NCBI GenBank assembly: GCA_963674825.1
Contig: OY771587.1
Coordinates: forward strand, 1,344,001-1,408,000
Source: Candidatus Cloacimonadales bacterium
GTDB lineage: Bacteria > Cloacimonadota > Cloacimonadia > Cloacimonadales > JAIOQZ01
Reading direction: 5' to 3'
DNA length: 64,000 nucleotides
The notes beneath the pieces were generated by a model, which was not told the origin of the DNA, did not search any database, and saw only the letters and a list, made by a program, of their open reading frames with translations. Shown here in pieces: positions 11,337 through 20,541 of the stretch. Made by a program: the position numbers and the translations under genes. The first letter of the stretch is position 1, and each line of letters starts with the position of its first letter.

Positions 11337-12600
11337 ATTCTCCCTGCCTGTAGGCAATACTCAATGTTATTTGATACGGGACTTCAAGCTCCCGCTCTGG
11401 TATATCGTCAGTGCAAAACTCACCCTGAAGTGTGAAAATCCAGCTACTCAATCCCTGATAGGACACAGATGCACCATACTCGTATTGGTCGTACGTCTCC
11501 CCCTGAATACGGATATCGTGCTGCCACTCCGCGCCAAAGCCAAGATAAACGAACGGTACGATCAGATGCCCCCACGATACGGAAGCCTGGTGCGCCGGAT
11601 AAAATTCGAATCGCTCGTCATCTCTCCAGAGATACGTCAGCGAAAGCTGCTGCAAGTCGAAGCTGTATTCCATCTGATGCCGATCGACGGATTCATCGAG
11701 CTGCACGATTGTGTAGATATCATTTTGCCAGATCGCTTCATAACGCGAGTCCGTATGATGATAATTCCACATTATTCGATGCTTGGTTTCACCAAGACGA
11801 AATTCAAAACTGCAATCGATTCGGTCACAGACAATCGCTTCGTCGGTGTCTTCCGGTTTGTCAATAGATTCCCACTGCAACTCAAGCGGATCGAACCATT
11901 TTTGATACGGATAGATTTGCAGAAATCGACGGTAGTTTCCCGAAATAAGAAATCGATTCCCGGAATGCCACAGAAGTCCCAACCACGGGGCGGCCTTGTC
12001 ATCCGAATCGATAAACGCCCCAGCACGTAATCGCAGCGACTCACCACTATAAGCGGTACAGAGGCCTCCTACGTACGGACGATCACCGACATCTACGCCC
12101 TGGAAGCTTATCTGCAATCCATAGTCTCCGATAGGTACCAAATGATCAAACTCCCCAAGGAAAAACTTGTCTTCCACGCCTGTATAACCCGCGTCAAGCT
12201 CGGTTGAGCCTAAAACGGTGTCAAATGACATTTTTCCGCGCAAAGCAGTCCATGCAGGTTTATGAGCCCAGTTTTCCTTACGGTACGCGATGGTGTTTTG
12301 CATGAAACCGATACGGCTGTTGATCGAGTAAAGTCCATCACGATAGCACTCGGTAGTATAGAAGGTAAGAGTGGAATCCTGAAATCCGGCGTAGGTCGTC
12401 CACCATGATTCATTATATGCATTGGATAGCTCGATAACCATCGGTCTCTGGCGATCCGCATCCTCCGGCTGGAAGATTTCCAGCACGCTCAGGCGGCCAC
12501 CGATCAACTCGTCATATCGAAACGGCGGATCAGCGCCTTTGATGGCGTAAAAAGTCTGTATCGCGCAAATCAAGATGAGGCCGATCAGACATAGACGCAA
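11311..12600 (-). CDS. Hypothetical exported protein, possibly an outer-membrane beta-barrel
   Basis: TTG start 2 bp after mtnA; N-terminal signal peptide; alternating aromatic/hydrophobic strands; overlaps the next gene. Confidence 0.55.
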   Translation of the reverse strand: MRLCLIGLILICAIQTFYAIKGADPPFRYDELIGGRLSVLEIFQPEDADRQRPMVIELSNAYNESWWTTYAGFQDSTLTFYTTECYRDGLYSINSRIGFMQNTIAYRKENWAHKPAWTALRGKMSFDTVLGSTELDAGYTGVEDKFFLGEFDHLVPIGDYGLQISFQGVDVGDRPYVGGLCTAYSGESLRLRAGAFIDSDDKAAPWLGLLWHSGNRFLISGNYRRFLQIYPYQKWFDPLELQWESIDKPEDTDEAIVCDRIDCSFEFRLGETKHRIMWNYHHTDSRYEAIWQNDIYTIVQLDESVDRHQMEYSFDLQQLSLTYLWRDDERFEFYPAHQASVSWGHLIVPFVYLGFGAEWQHDIRIQGETYDQYEYGASVSYQGLSSWIFTLQGEFCTDDIPERELEVPYQITLSIAYRQGEYERLHRED

Positions 12601-12602
12601 TG

Positions 12603-13643
12603 TCAGCTCCCGGGATGCCAGATCCCCGTGTTGGTGATGATCGCGGCGATGTTTTCTGCAGGTGTAACATCGAACGCGGGATTATAAACTTTGCAACCGT
12701 TGGGTGCAGTGCGCACTTCGCGGAATCCCACCACTTCCTCCGGCTTGCGTTCTTCGATATCGATCTGCTCGCCGGTGGGGGTATCGCGATCGATGGTCGA
12801 TTCGGGTGCTACTATGTAGAGAGGGATATCATGATGTTTCGCTAGAATAGAGAGCCCGTACGTACCGATCTTATTCGCGGAATCGCCATTGGCAGCGATC
12901 CGATCTGCACCTGTGATAACGCAATCGACTGCGCCGGTAGCGATGACCGATGCTGCCATGTTGTCGGTGATCAAGGTGCACGGGATACCTGACTGCATCA
13001 GCTCCCACGTGGTAAGTCGAGCACCCTGGAGAAGCGGCCGTGTCTCATCGACGAAAACGTGGACGGGACGATCCTGCGCGATGGTACGGATCACACCCAG
13101 TGCGGTTCCGATTCCGACTGTTGCCAGCGATCCGGTGTTGCAGTGGGTCAAAATACCCAGCTTTTCACCCTTGATCTCCTCAGCGCCGTGTATGCCCATG
13201 TTTTTACAGGCTTCGATCTCGTAATCGATGAGATTCTCCGTAAATTCGAGGATGCGACCGGCGTCATTCCCCTGTATAATCTTGCGAATGGCCTGAGTAG
13301 CCTTGAAGAGGTTCACAGCGGTTGGCCTGCTCGCTTCGATCTCATCCAGCGCTTTGTGCATAAGCTCCAGATAGTCCCCTTTTCCTTCGAATTCCATTGC
13401 CGCCAGCCACGCGGCAGCGCCTGCGGCTACACCGATTGCCGGTGCACCCCGGATGCGCAGCATTTTGATGGCTTCGATGCACTGCCGGTAATCACGGATC
13501 ACCAACGTTTCTTCTTCGATGGGCAACAGGGTTTGATCGAGCATAAGGATCTCATCCCGCACCAGGCGAATACTACGGATGAATTCGTTCAGTGGTTGAG
13601 TCGCGGTTCCATATTGAAGCGATGATTTCATACGAATTACCAT
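12603..13643 (-). CDS. mtnA: S-methyl-5-thioribose-1-phosphate isomerase
   Basis: LDQTLLP, IRGAPAIG, RPTAVNL, THCNTGSLAT, ETRPLLQGARLT, GADRIAANGD.ANKIGTY, NPAFDVTP. Confidence 0.95.
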   Translation of the reverse strand: MVIRMKSSLQYGTATQPLNEFIRSIRLVRDEILMLDQTLLPIEEETLVIRDYRQCIEAIKMLRIRGAPAIGVAAGAAAWLAAMEFEGKGDYLELMHKALDEIEASRPTAVNLFKATQAIRKIIQGNDAGRILEFTENLIDYEIEACKNMGIHGAEEIKGEKLGILTHCNTGSLATVGIGTALGVIRTIAQDRPVHVFVDETRPLLQGARLTTWELMQSGIPCTLITDNMAASVIATGAVDCVITGADRIAANGDSANKIGTYGLSILAKHHDIPLYIVAPESTIDRDTPTGEQIDIEERKPEEVVGFREVRTAPNGCKVYNPAFDVTPAENIAAIITNTGIWHPGS

Positions 13644-14087
13644 AATCTCCCTTTGTCAGGCATATAAATTATTCGATTAAGCCATGCGTTATTAATGAGC
13701 TTCACGTCAAGGAAAATTGATTGGCAAGTCCATCCAACTATGCAAAATTCATCCTGATACGCTTACTTCTTTCATCAGCACAATAATCCAAACAACCAAT
13801 ACCATACCATGAAAAACATTCGCGGATATCTCGCATTGAGAATCAATATTTTCCATACACATACAACAGTTTAACATCGATAACGAATCAGCACACCCTG
13901 ATTGACCCGAAGTGCGTTAGTAACAAGTATTTAACACTATATTATTCTTGACAAACGAATCACGAAGATTCTCGCTATGCCAACTCGTGAAAGCAATGAT
14001 ATTGAACCTGGCATACTGTGTTCACGCATTTCCCAGGAAATACTCTTGCTGCATTGATTTCTGAAATGAAAAAGAAAGGAAACAGTA

Positions 14088-15704
14088 ATGATGAAGTATT
14101 CGACTCTACTCGTTCTGATGCTGATTGCGCTTAGTTCCAGCGCACAGAGCCTTGATTGGCAATGGGTTACATCCTATGGATCCGGAGATAATGATATAGC
14201 CAATGATATTGCTGTCGATTATCTGGGGAACATCTACACGACTGGCGCATTCTGGGGTACTGTCAACTTCGGTTCAATCGAATTGCAGTCCACAGGTGGA
14301 ACGGACATTTTTGTTACAAAGCAAGATTCACAAGGCAACCTGGTTTGGGCAGTCAAGGGTGGCGGCGCAAACGACGACAGCGGAACAGGTATCGCGGTGG
14401 ATGGCGCAGGCAACGTCTTCGTTCAAGGCAGCTTCGTTACTTCCACAGCGATAGGCAATGTTTCCCTGAGCGGCTACGGTGGTACCGATATATTCGCTGC
14501 AAAGCTTAATAGCAGCGGCGAATGGCAGTGGGCAATTTGTGCAGGCTCTGGCTATTGGGACACTCCTGCAACGATTGAAGTTGATACGAATGGGAATGCA
14601 TATGTTGTCGGTGAAGCTGGCCCAAGCTCCGCTTTTGGAGATAGCACCATGACATCAAACGGATATTACGATATCTACGTAGCAAAAATCAGCAGTAACG
14701 GCAATTGGCTTTGGGTGGCAAACGCAGGTGGACAGAATTGGGACTACGGTAGGGACATCGCGATTGGGCCAGACGGCAATATATATGTTGCAGGCAGCGG
14801 ACTTCTTACCGTGACCGCAGGTAGCTACACATTCAGCGCAAGTCATTACGATGTTTTTGTGGGCATCCTGAATCCCTCCGGCGAATGGATCGGTATTGCC
14901 AGATCATCCGGACCAGCTCCAGAGTACGGCGAAGCGATCACGGTAGCCAATGATGGCAGCGTTTACGTAACTGGCTATTTTTACACGCAGATGGGAGCGT
15001 CTGTATTCGGCACTCATTCTCCTGGCATATATGGTGTTCAGACCATATTCCTCGCAAAGCTTTCAAGCGCGGGTGGTTGGTCATGGGTTCAAAGCGCGGG
15101 TGGTATCGGATCATATTCTCAAAACAATAAGGGATTCGCTTTGGATACGGATTCGGAAGGCAATGTCTATATGACTGGAATATTCGACTACACAGCCACT
15201 TTTGGAGATATTCAGATACCCACTATTGGGACGTATGATATATTCCTTACGAGCCTCGACAGCAGCGGTAACTGGCGCTGGGTTACAAGCTGTGGAGGAG
15301 CAGGAGCAGACAGCGGAAACGGTCTTATCGTCTCTACCGAAGATGAGGTTTTCTATTGCGGATTTTACCGGGCTACGGGGATGTTTGGCGACATTATTCA
15401 CGAATCTGTCGGCAATTCCGATATTTTCATCGCAAGATACAGCTATGGAGCTCCTGCATTGCCCAAAGCGCCTGAGAACATGAATATAGAACTACTCGGT
15501 AACGATGTTCTGTTAACGTGGGACCCCGTAACCGAAGATACGGATAATAATCCCGTAAGCCCCACAGGATACCTCATTTATTACCATGACACTCCTGAAG
15601 GTGAATACATCCTATTGGGCCAGAGCCCGACAAATAGTTTCGCGCATGCTGGTACACTACCATCCGATCGCAGTTTCTATAAAGTTACAGCTATCATCGA
15701 TTAG
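14088..15704 (+). CDS. Secreted SBBP-type beta-propeller repeat protein with C-terminal FN3-like domain
   Basis: Signal peptide; about 7 repeats of IAVD..GN.Y.TG.F / DIF..KL.S.G.W.W; terminal ~80-aa beta-sandwich. Confidence 0.85.
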   Translation: MMKYSTLLVLMLIALSSSAQSLDWQWVTSYGSGDNDIANDIAVDYLGNIYTTGAFWGTVNFGSIELQSTGGTDIFVTKQDSQGNLVWAVKGGGANDDSGTGIAVDGAGNVFVQGSFVTSTAIGNVSLSGYGGTDIFAAKLNSSGEWQWAICAGSGYWDTPATIEVDTNGNAYVVGEAGPSSAFGDSTMTSNGYYDIYVAKISSNGNWLWVANAGGQNWDYGRDIAIGPDGNIYVAGSGLLTVTAGSYTFSASHYDVFVGILNPSGEWIGIARSSGPAPEYGEAITVANDGSVYVTGYFYTQMGASVFGTHSPGIYGVQTIFLAKLSSAGGWSWVQSAGGIGSYSQNNKGFALDTDSEGNVYMTGIFDYTATFGDIQIPTIGTYDIFLTSLDSSGNWRWVTSCGGAGADSGNGLIVSTEDEVFYCGFYRATGMFGDIIHESVGNSDIFIARYSYGAPALPKAPENMNIELLGNDVLLTWDPVTEDTDNNPVSPTGYLIYYHDTPEGEYILLGQSPTNSFAHAGTLPSDRSFYKVTAIID

Positions 15705-15728
15705 GTAATACCACCCTTTTTGATAAAC

Positions 15729-15760
15729 AAAGGCTGCGGACCGGGGATCCGCAGCCTTTT
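15729..15760. terminator. Bidirectional terminator between convergent genes
   Basis: AAAGGCTGCGGA-N7-TCCGCAGCCTTT. Confidence 0.8.
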
Positions 15761-15786
15761 GAGGTTGAACCATGTGAAATGGCTTT

Positions 15787-17856
15787 TTATGGGTTATTAA
15801 TACACGTGATTCTGAAGAAGCGATAGCCAGAGGTCAGCGGAATCGAACAGCTTGTTGCCGATGTCTCCGCAGCAACCGACCAGGTTAAAATATTGGGATC
15901 GTACGCACCATATACGACGTATGAATCCGGTGTGATCGGGCCACCGCCGATCGATTGACTGACAGGTTCCCAACTGAGTACAATGTTGCTGCCTTCCAGC
16001 GCAATAGACACGTTCTGAACCTGGCCCGGTGTCTGGTCGCCTATCAATGAAAGCAACGCCGCTTCGACATCGATTTTTCCATAACCGAACTTTGGATTGG
16101 GGACATCGCCGGTGAATTGATCCATTCGAGCGTGATTTTGCAGCAGCACCACCAACTCCGTTCTCGATATATCCGGCACAAATTGCTTGATCAACGCTGC
16201 CGCGCCGCAAGCGACAGGAGAAGCCATTGACGTCCCGCGTAGCAGTACGTAATCGGCAGGAAGCCCACCGGTAGAGTCACCCTCCGCGTAGGCATTGCTG
16301 ACCACAAGTGTCGTAACGCCAATATATGGGAAACCCCATGCATCGTCGTCCCGGATGGAGGCGATATAGTTGCCCGGCGCGCTCAATTCCGGCTTCTGGA
16401 CTCCGTCGATACGCGGTCCGCGTGATGAAAATGTCCCGTATTCACCGATAACATCTTCCGTCCAACAATACAGGTGATTCCAGGTATTCCAGTCGTTCCG
16501 AACAGTCCAGGCTCCAACCGAAACCGCGAAATCGGCATCTGCCGGCGCAGAAACAGTGTAGCATGAATCGGGATTGGAGAACTTACCGCCCCCACCCATG
16601 CTGAAGAGGTGATAGTCCATCGTCATACCGGACAGGTTCTCAACCTTGATATAAAACGAGCTCGAACCAGTGCGGATAACGCTTCCCCATCGTGCTTGTG
16701 TGCCACGCGGTGACTGGGTCATGCTATCCACATCCTGCAGTAGATTACTGATCGGGTTCATGTTCTCGTCATAAAAGCTGTATGTCATCGGACGCTGGAT
16801 AGAGGTATCCGAACCATCGTACCAGACAAGGTTGAAGAAATAGGTTCCGCGCGTGGATTCCGTTGTATCCGGGATATTGACAGCAACAAACTCAGATCCG
16901 CCGCCCGAGAGCGTCCCAGAGGCGTGCTTGTTGTCGTCAGCCTCATTACCGGATGATTGAAATACAACGCAACCATCCATCGAGATCTGGTCGATGATCT
17001 GCGCAACAGCTCCCGAGCCGTCGTGATAATCGTCCCAACCACCGAGACTTGCGTTGGTCATATCACAGTCGTACTGATTCCAGGCAGCCCAATAAGACTG
17101 TGCGACGGCGGCTTCGGTGATAACATGCGTGAAATCGGCAGCCACTTTGAGGGCGACCCAATCCGCGCCGGGTGCCATGCCGCGCCATACGCCGTTGGAA
17201 TTAGTACCCAGACCAAGGATCGATCCGGCGACGTGGGTTCCGTGGCCAGTGCCAGTATTGGCGTTTGAAACGGTGAAATCGCTGTCGGGATATGCGCTGT
17301 AATCAATACCGTATTCTGGCTGACTGAGATCGAGACTGGCGATTTCGAATCCTGAATCGATAATACCGATGCGAACACCGCTTCCATCCAGTCCATACGA
17401 TTCACCCTGTAGCACTTCAGCTCCGGTTTCCAGGCGTGCGCGATCGTTGTTGAGCTTCATCAGACCTTCCGCGCTGCGTATCTGTACGATGCGATCATCG
17501 GCTTCGAGCATTTTCAGCATATCCAGTGTCGCCGGTATTCGTGCCGTGTAGAATCCCCACGGGTGCCGTTCGTTCGCGGGACGCCAGGAACCTTCGAAAA
17601 CCTCAACGTTCATGTCATGAAGCTGGTAGAGTAACGCACTATTCGGCTTCTCCTGGAAATACAGGAACACAAGCTGTGTTTCCATGGACGGCGCGTTTCG
17701 GTTCATTTCCGATTTGCTGTCCAGCAACCCGTCCCGATACAGCTGTTTTGACTTTATTTCGAAGTAGAGTTGACCGGTGTAGTTTCGGGCGAACAGACTT
17801 GTCACCACAAGCATCAGAAGCAATATTGAGATGTAAGTTCTTATCTTCCATAACAT
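15787..17856 (-). CDS. Secreted S8 (subtilisin-family) serine protease with inserted domain and C-terminal FN3-like domain
   Basis: Catalytic triad IGIIDSG / GHGTHVAG / GTSMASP, oxyanion SGNE, FSSRGP and KPELSAPG; signal peptide and prodomain. Confidence 0.93.
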   Translation of the reverse strand: MLWKIRTYISILLLMLVVTSLFARNYTGQLYFEIKSKQLYRDGLLDSKSEMNRNAPSMETQLVFLYFQEKPNSALLYQLHDMNVEVFEGSWRPANERHPWGFYTARIPATLDMLKMLEADDRIVQIRSAEGLMKLNNDRARLETGAEVLQGESYGLDGSGVRIGIIDSGFEIASLDLSQPEYGIDYSAYPDSDFTVSNANTGTGHGTHVAGSILGLGTNSNGVWRGMAPGADWVALKVAADFTHVITEAAVAQSYWAAWNQYDCDMTNASLGGWDDYHDGSGAVAQIIDQISMDGCVVFQSSGNEADDNKHASGTLSGGGSEFVAVNIPDTTESTRGTYFFNLVWYDGSDTSIQRPMTYSFYDENMNPISNLLQDVDSMTQSPRGTQARWGSVIRTGSSSFYIKVENLSGMTMDYHLFSMGGGGKFSNPDSCYTVSAPADADFAVSVGAWTVRNDWNTWNHLYCWTEDVIGEYGTFSSRGPRIDGVQKPELSAPGNYIASIRDDDAWGFPYIGVTTLVVSNAYAEGDSTGGLPADYVLLRGTSMASPVACGAAALIKQFVPDISRTELVVLLQNHARMDQFTGDVPNPKFGYGKIDVEAALLSLIGDQTPGQVQNVSIALEGSNIVLSWEPVSQSIGGGPITPDSYVVYGAYDPNILTWSVAAETSATSCSIPLTSGYRFFRITCINNP

Positions 17857-17898
17857 GTTTCACCTTCCTCCAGGTAGTTTATATCTTCCGGCATCATT

Positions 17899-20313
17899 TC
17901 ATTTAATCAGGAGACACTTACGGATTTCAACCGTGTCTCCCGCCTTGATTCGTACGAAGTAGGTTCCGCTGGATACCGCCTTTCCGCTCGCATCCACACC
18001 TTCCCAGGTCACGCGGTGCAAACCTTCGCTCTGCACGCCCTGATCGACCTTTATTATGCGCTGTCCAAGCACATTATAGACAGAGAATTCCACCGTCGTT
18101 TCCTCAGCGAGATAGTAGCCCACCGTCGTCGAAGGATTGAACGGATTCGGGTAGATCACAACGATGCCTGTAACCATAGGGTTCACAGCTTCGCCGCCCT
18201 CACCATCTTCGCCGGGTGTGGTCAGTTCCAGGAAAATCGGGCCAAACACATCGACCCGGCCATTGAGCGCGATGCTCTCCAGCCAGTACCAGCACTCGGT
18301 CTCGCCATCCAGGTCGTCATCGACGAAGTTGTAACTGATGGCTGTTCCTTCCGTCTGACCTTCGGTGATGATCGCAGTATTCAAGCGATAGGCTTCTTCA
18401 AGAACATCCTCGGAGTAGCGATAGAGGTTGTAACCCAGGTGATCGGTCTCAGACTCGGCTGTCCAGGCGATGGAGACTGCGCCACTGGATAGAATTCCGG
18501 CTGTGAAGGAAGACAATGTGACGGGGAGAGTCTGCCCGTCATCAATTTCGCCGGGCGTTGCGTTGTCCGCTGAATCTTGCGGCAGCCAGTCTCCCTGCTC
18601 AGCCTGGACGATGCGATTTCCCGCATTAACGACCGGTGCGGTATCGAGAACCGCCCGGCTCGCACCCGATTGAATCTGGTATCGCTTTCCTGTTGTCAGT
18701 TGAAGCTCGGAGCTACCCTGCACAAACCACGCGACTGTCGTCTCCCAATCGCTTTCAAACGTAGCCTGATCAGAGCCATTGGTTACTACACAGAAGCTAC
18801 GCGGTGGGATGGAGTAGTTCGCCGGTAAGGTGAATGTATAGCCATCGTATTCGAATACGCCGCCGTTATCGATTCCTCTGAGGATCTGCAATCCGCCCAG
18901 ATCGAGCGAGAATGGACGCGTATTGCCCAGCTCCAGATAGGCAGAGCCTTCGTTTGCTCCCGTGCGGTTATCGGATACTTCGGTGATGTAAAGATCACCT
19001 TCGTAGGGTACATCGAAATATTCGTCGCAACCCTTGTAGTATACGAACCGGACATTGATATCGATGTCGCCGCTGCATCCCACATAATCGCTTTGCAGTT
19101 CCGAAAGCAGCGCAGCCTGATGCGTCAAATGCAGATTGCCGGTCGATTCATCAACGAGCGGGATGTCCATGCAGTATGAATTGGCATCGAGGCCGGTCGT
19201 CGCTTTCCAACTGGCGAAAGTGTAGATTTTGTCGTCGTATTCGCTGGGACCGAAGCGACCGTAGAATCCGCTGGAGGCGTTACGGCAATAGTAAATGTTC
19301 TCGTCGATGTCGTAAGCTGTTGCCGTATTTTGCAACATGATCGCCTGGTTGTATGCACCCGGCATGTCGATGCAGTCATTGATGAAGATATTGTTTCGCG
19401 CGGCGAACGCTGTCGGATTGGATGTCTGGTAGCTATACAGACAATAACTTCCAGCTGTTGTGTTTCCACCGGAGATCACCACGGTGTTATGATACACGTA
19501 CACCTGCGAGGAGGCGTTGTTGGTCGAGCAGTCGATTCCACGTTTGTTGTCGTTCTCATCCCAGATGTACACCATATTGTTCATTGCCGATCCGCTTCCC
19601 AGGTAGATACCAGTTGGAGAATTCTGATTGGAATTTGGAATGGGCATTATCACATGATTCCGTTCGATTACTGCTGTGTTCGTAGCCGAAGCCAACTGTG
19701 TAATACCCATGACCGACATTCCGGAATTCACCGGATTCCAGTCGGTCGTCCACTCGACGATGTTGTCCTGAATCAGGAGTCCGGACATTCGTACATAGCT
19801 ATAAATGCCACCGAAAGCGGCGTTTTGCACATAGCAATTACGGATTGTGATGTTACTTGTGGTTATCTCGCCTGATTCGTCACGAATGTAGATACCGATC
19901 ATGTAATTCGTTTCGTCGGATGGATATGGATCGGCGATTTTAATGCCATTGATCTCAATATAACTGCTATTGGCGATTTGCAGTGCTCTTCCATTAGCCT
20001 CGTTGAGATAGATGGTGGGGTAGTTGTCGCCACCCGTGGTGGTGGCATTGAAGATCACGGGATTGTCGTGCGTTCCCTCGACGTTGAAGATCATGGGCGG
20101 ATTCTCGTAAAAATCCTGACCCGACGTCACACGGTATCTGACTCCACCGGCGGGAATCGTTTCCAGACTGTTAAGATGGTTAATGGCCTCGGTGAAGGAG
20201 ATGAAATCTCCCGCACCCGTGTTATCAATGAGATACGTGGTTTGCGCGAGGAGTGGAAGTGAACACAGGACGACCAGCAGGCAGACTGTCATCGATTTTC
20301 TCGAGTGTTTCAT
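17899..20313 (-). CDS. Secreted protein: right-handed beta-helix, lamin-tail-like domain, LPVTLSSF domain, FlgD-Ig C-terminal domain
   Basis: Signal peptide; Asn-ladder repeats; LYITEVSD...YLELGN; TLPVTLSSFTA; IYPNPFNP...RKCLLIK. Confidence 0.82.
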   Translation of the reverse strand: MKHSRKSMTVCLLVVLCSLPLLAQTTYLIDNTGAGDFISFTEAINHLNSLETIPAGGVRYRVTSGQDFYENPPMIFNVEGTHDNPVIFNATTTGGDNYPTIYLNEANGRALQIANSSYIEINGIKIADPYPSDETNYMIGIYIRDESGEITTSNITIRNCYVQNAAFGGIYSYVRMSGLLIQDNIVEWTTDWNPVNSGMSVMGITQLASATNTAVIERNHVIMPIPNSNQNSPTGIYLGSGSAMNNMVYIWDENDNKRGIDCSTNNASSQVYVYHNTVVISGGNTTAGSYCLYSYQTSNPTAFAARNNIFINDCIDMPGAYNQAIMLQNTATAYDIDENIYYCRNASSGFYGRFGPSEYDDKIYTFASWKATTGLDANSYCMDIPLVDESTGNLHLTHQAALLSELQSDYVGCSGDIDINVRFVYYKGCDEYFDVPYEGDLYITEVSDNRTGANEGSAYLELGNTRPFSLDLGGLQILRGIDNGGVFEYDGYTFTLPANYSIPPRSFCVVTNGSDQATFESDWETTVAWFVQGSSELQLTTGKRYQIQSGASRAVLDTAPVVNAGNRIVQAEQGDWLPQDSADNATPGEIDDGQTLPVTLSSFTAGILSSGAVSIAWTAESETDHLGYNLYRYSEDVLEEAYRLNTAIITEGQTEGTAISYNFVDDDLDGETECWYWLESIALNGRVDVFGPIFLELTTPGEDGEGGEAVNPMVTGIVVIYPNPFNPSTTVGYYLAEETTVEFSVYNVLGQRIIKVDQGVQSEGLHRVTWEGVDASGKAVSSGTYFVRIKAGDTVEIRKCLLIK

Positions 20314-20501
20314 TGGTTCCTCCGCTTAGTTCTTGAGATAGATTGTTTGTACACGAATGTGTTTGTTTGAATTATTGAGGCTGAATAGATTCAAATTATT
20401 TGTGTTGCACGCAACACCTTGAGCCCCATTCATTTCCGATAATGGGTACAGCTGTTGCATCACATGAATTTCTCGCTTCATGATCGTTCTCCGTTTGTTA
20501 C

Positions 20502-20529
20502 CGGGTCGGCCCGAATCAAGCCGACCCGT
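20502..20529. terminator. Stem-loop after the lipoprotein gene
   Basis: CGGGTCGGC-N9-GCCGACCCG; weak U-tract. Confidence 0.5.
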
Positions 20530-20541
20530 TATAAATCCTTG

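Noticed and set aside
13644..14087. Possible riboswitch (e.g. SAM upstream of mtnA) in the 440-bp intergenic region
   Set aside because: No SAM-I core or other riboswitch consensus recognised. A TATGCCA...TGGCATA inverted repeat exists but is insufficient; an Rfam/Infernal scan would be decisive.
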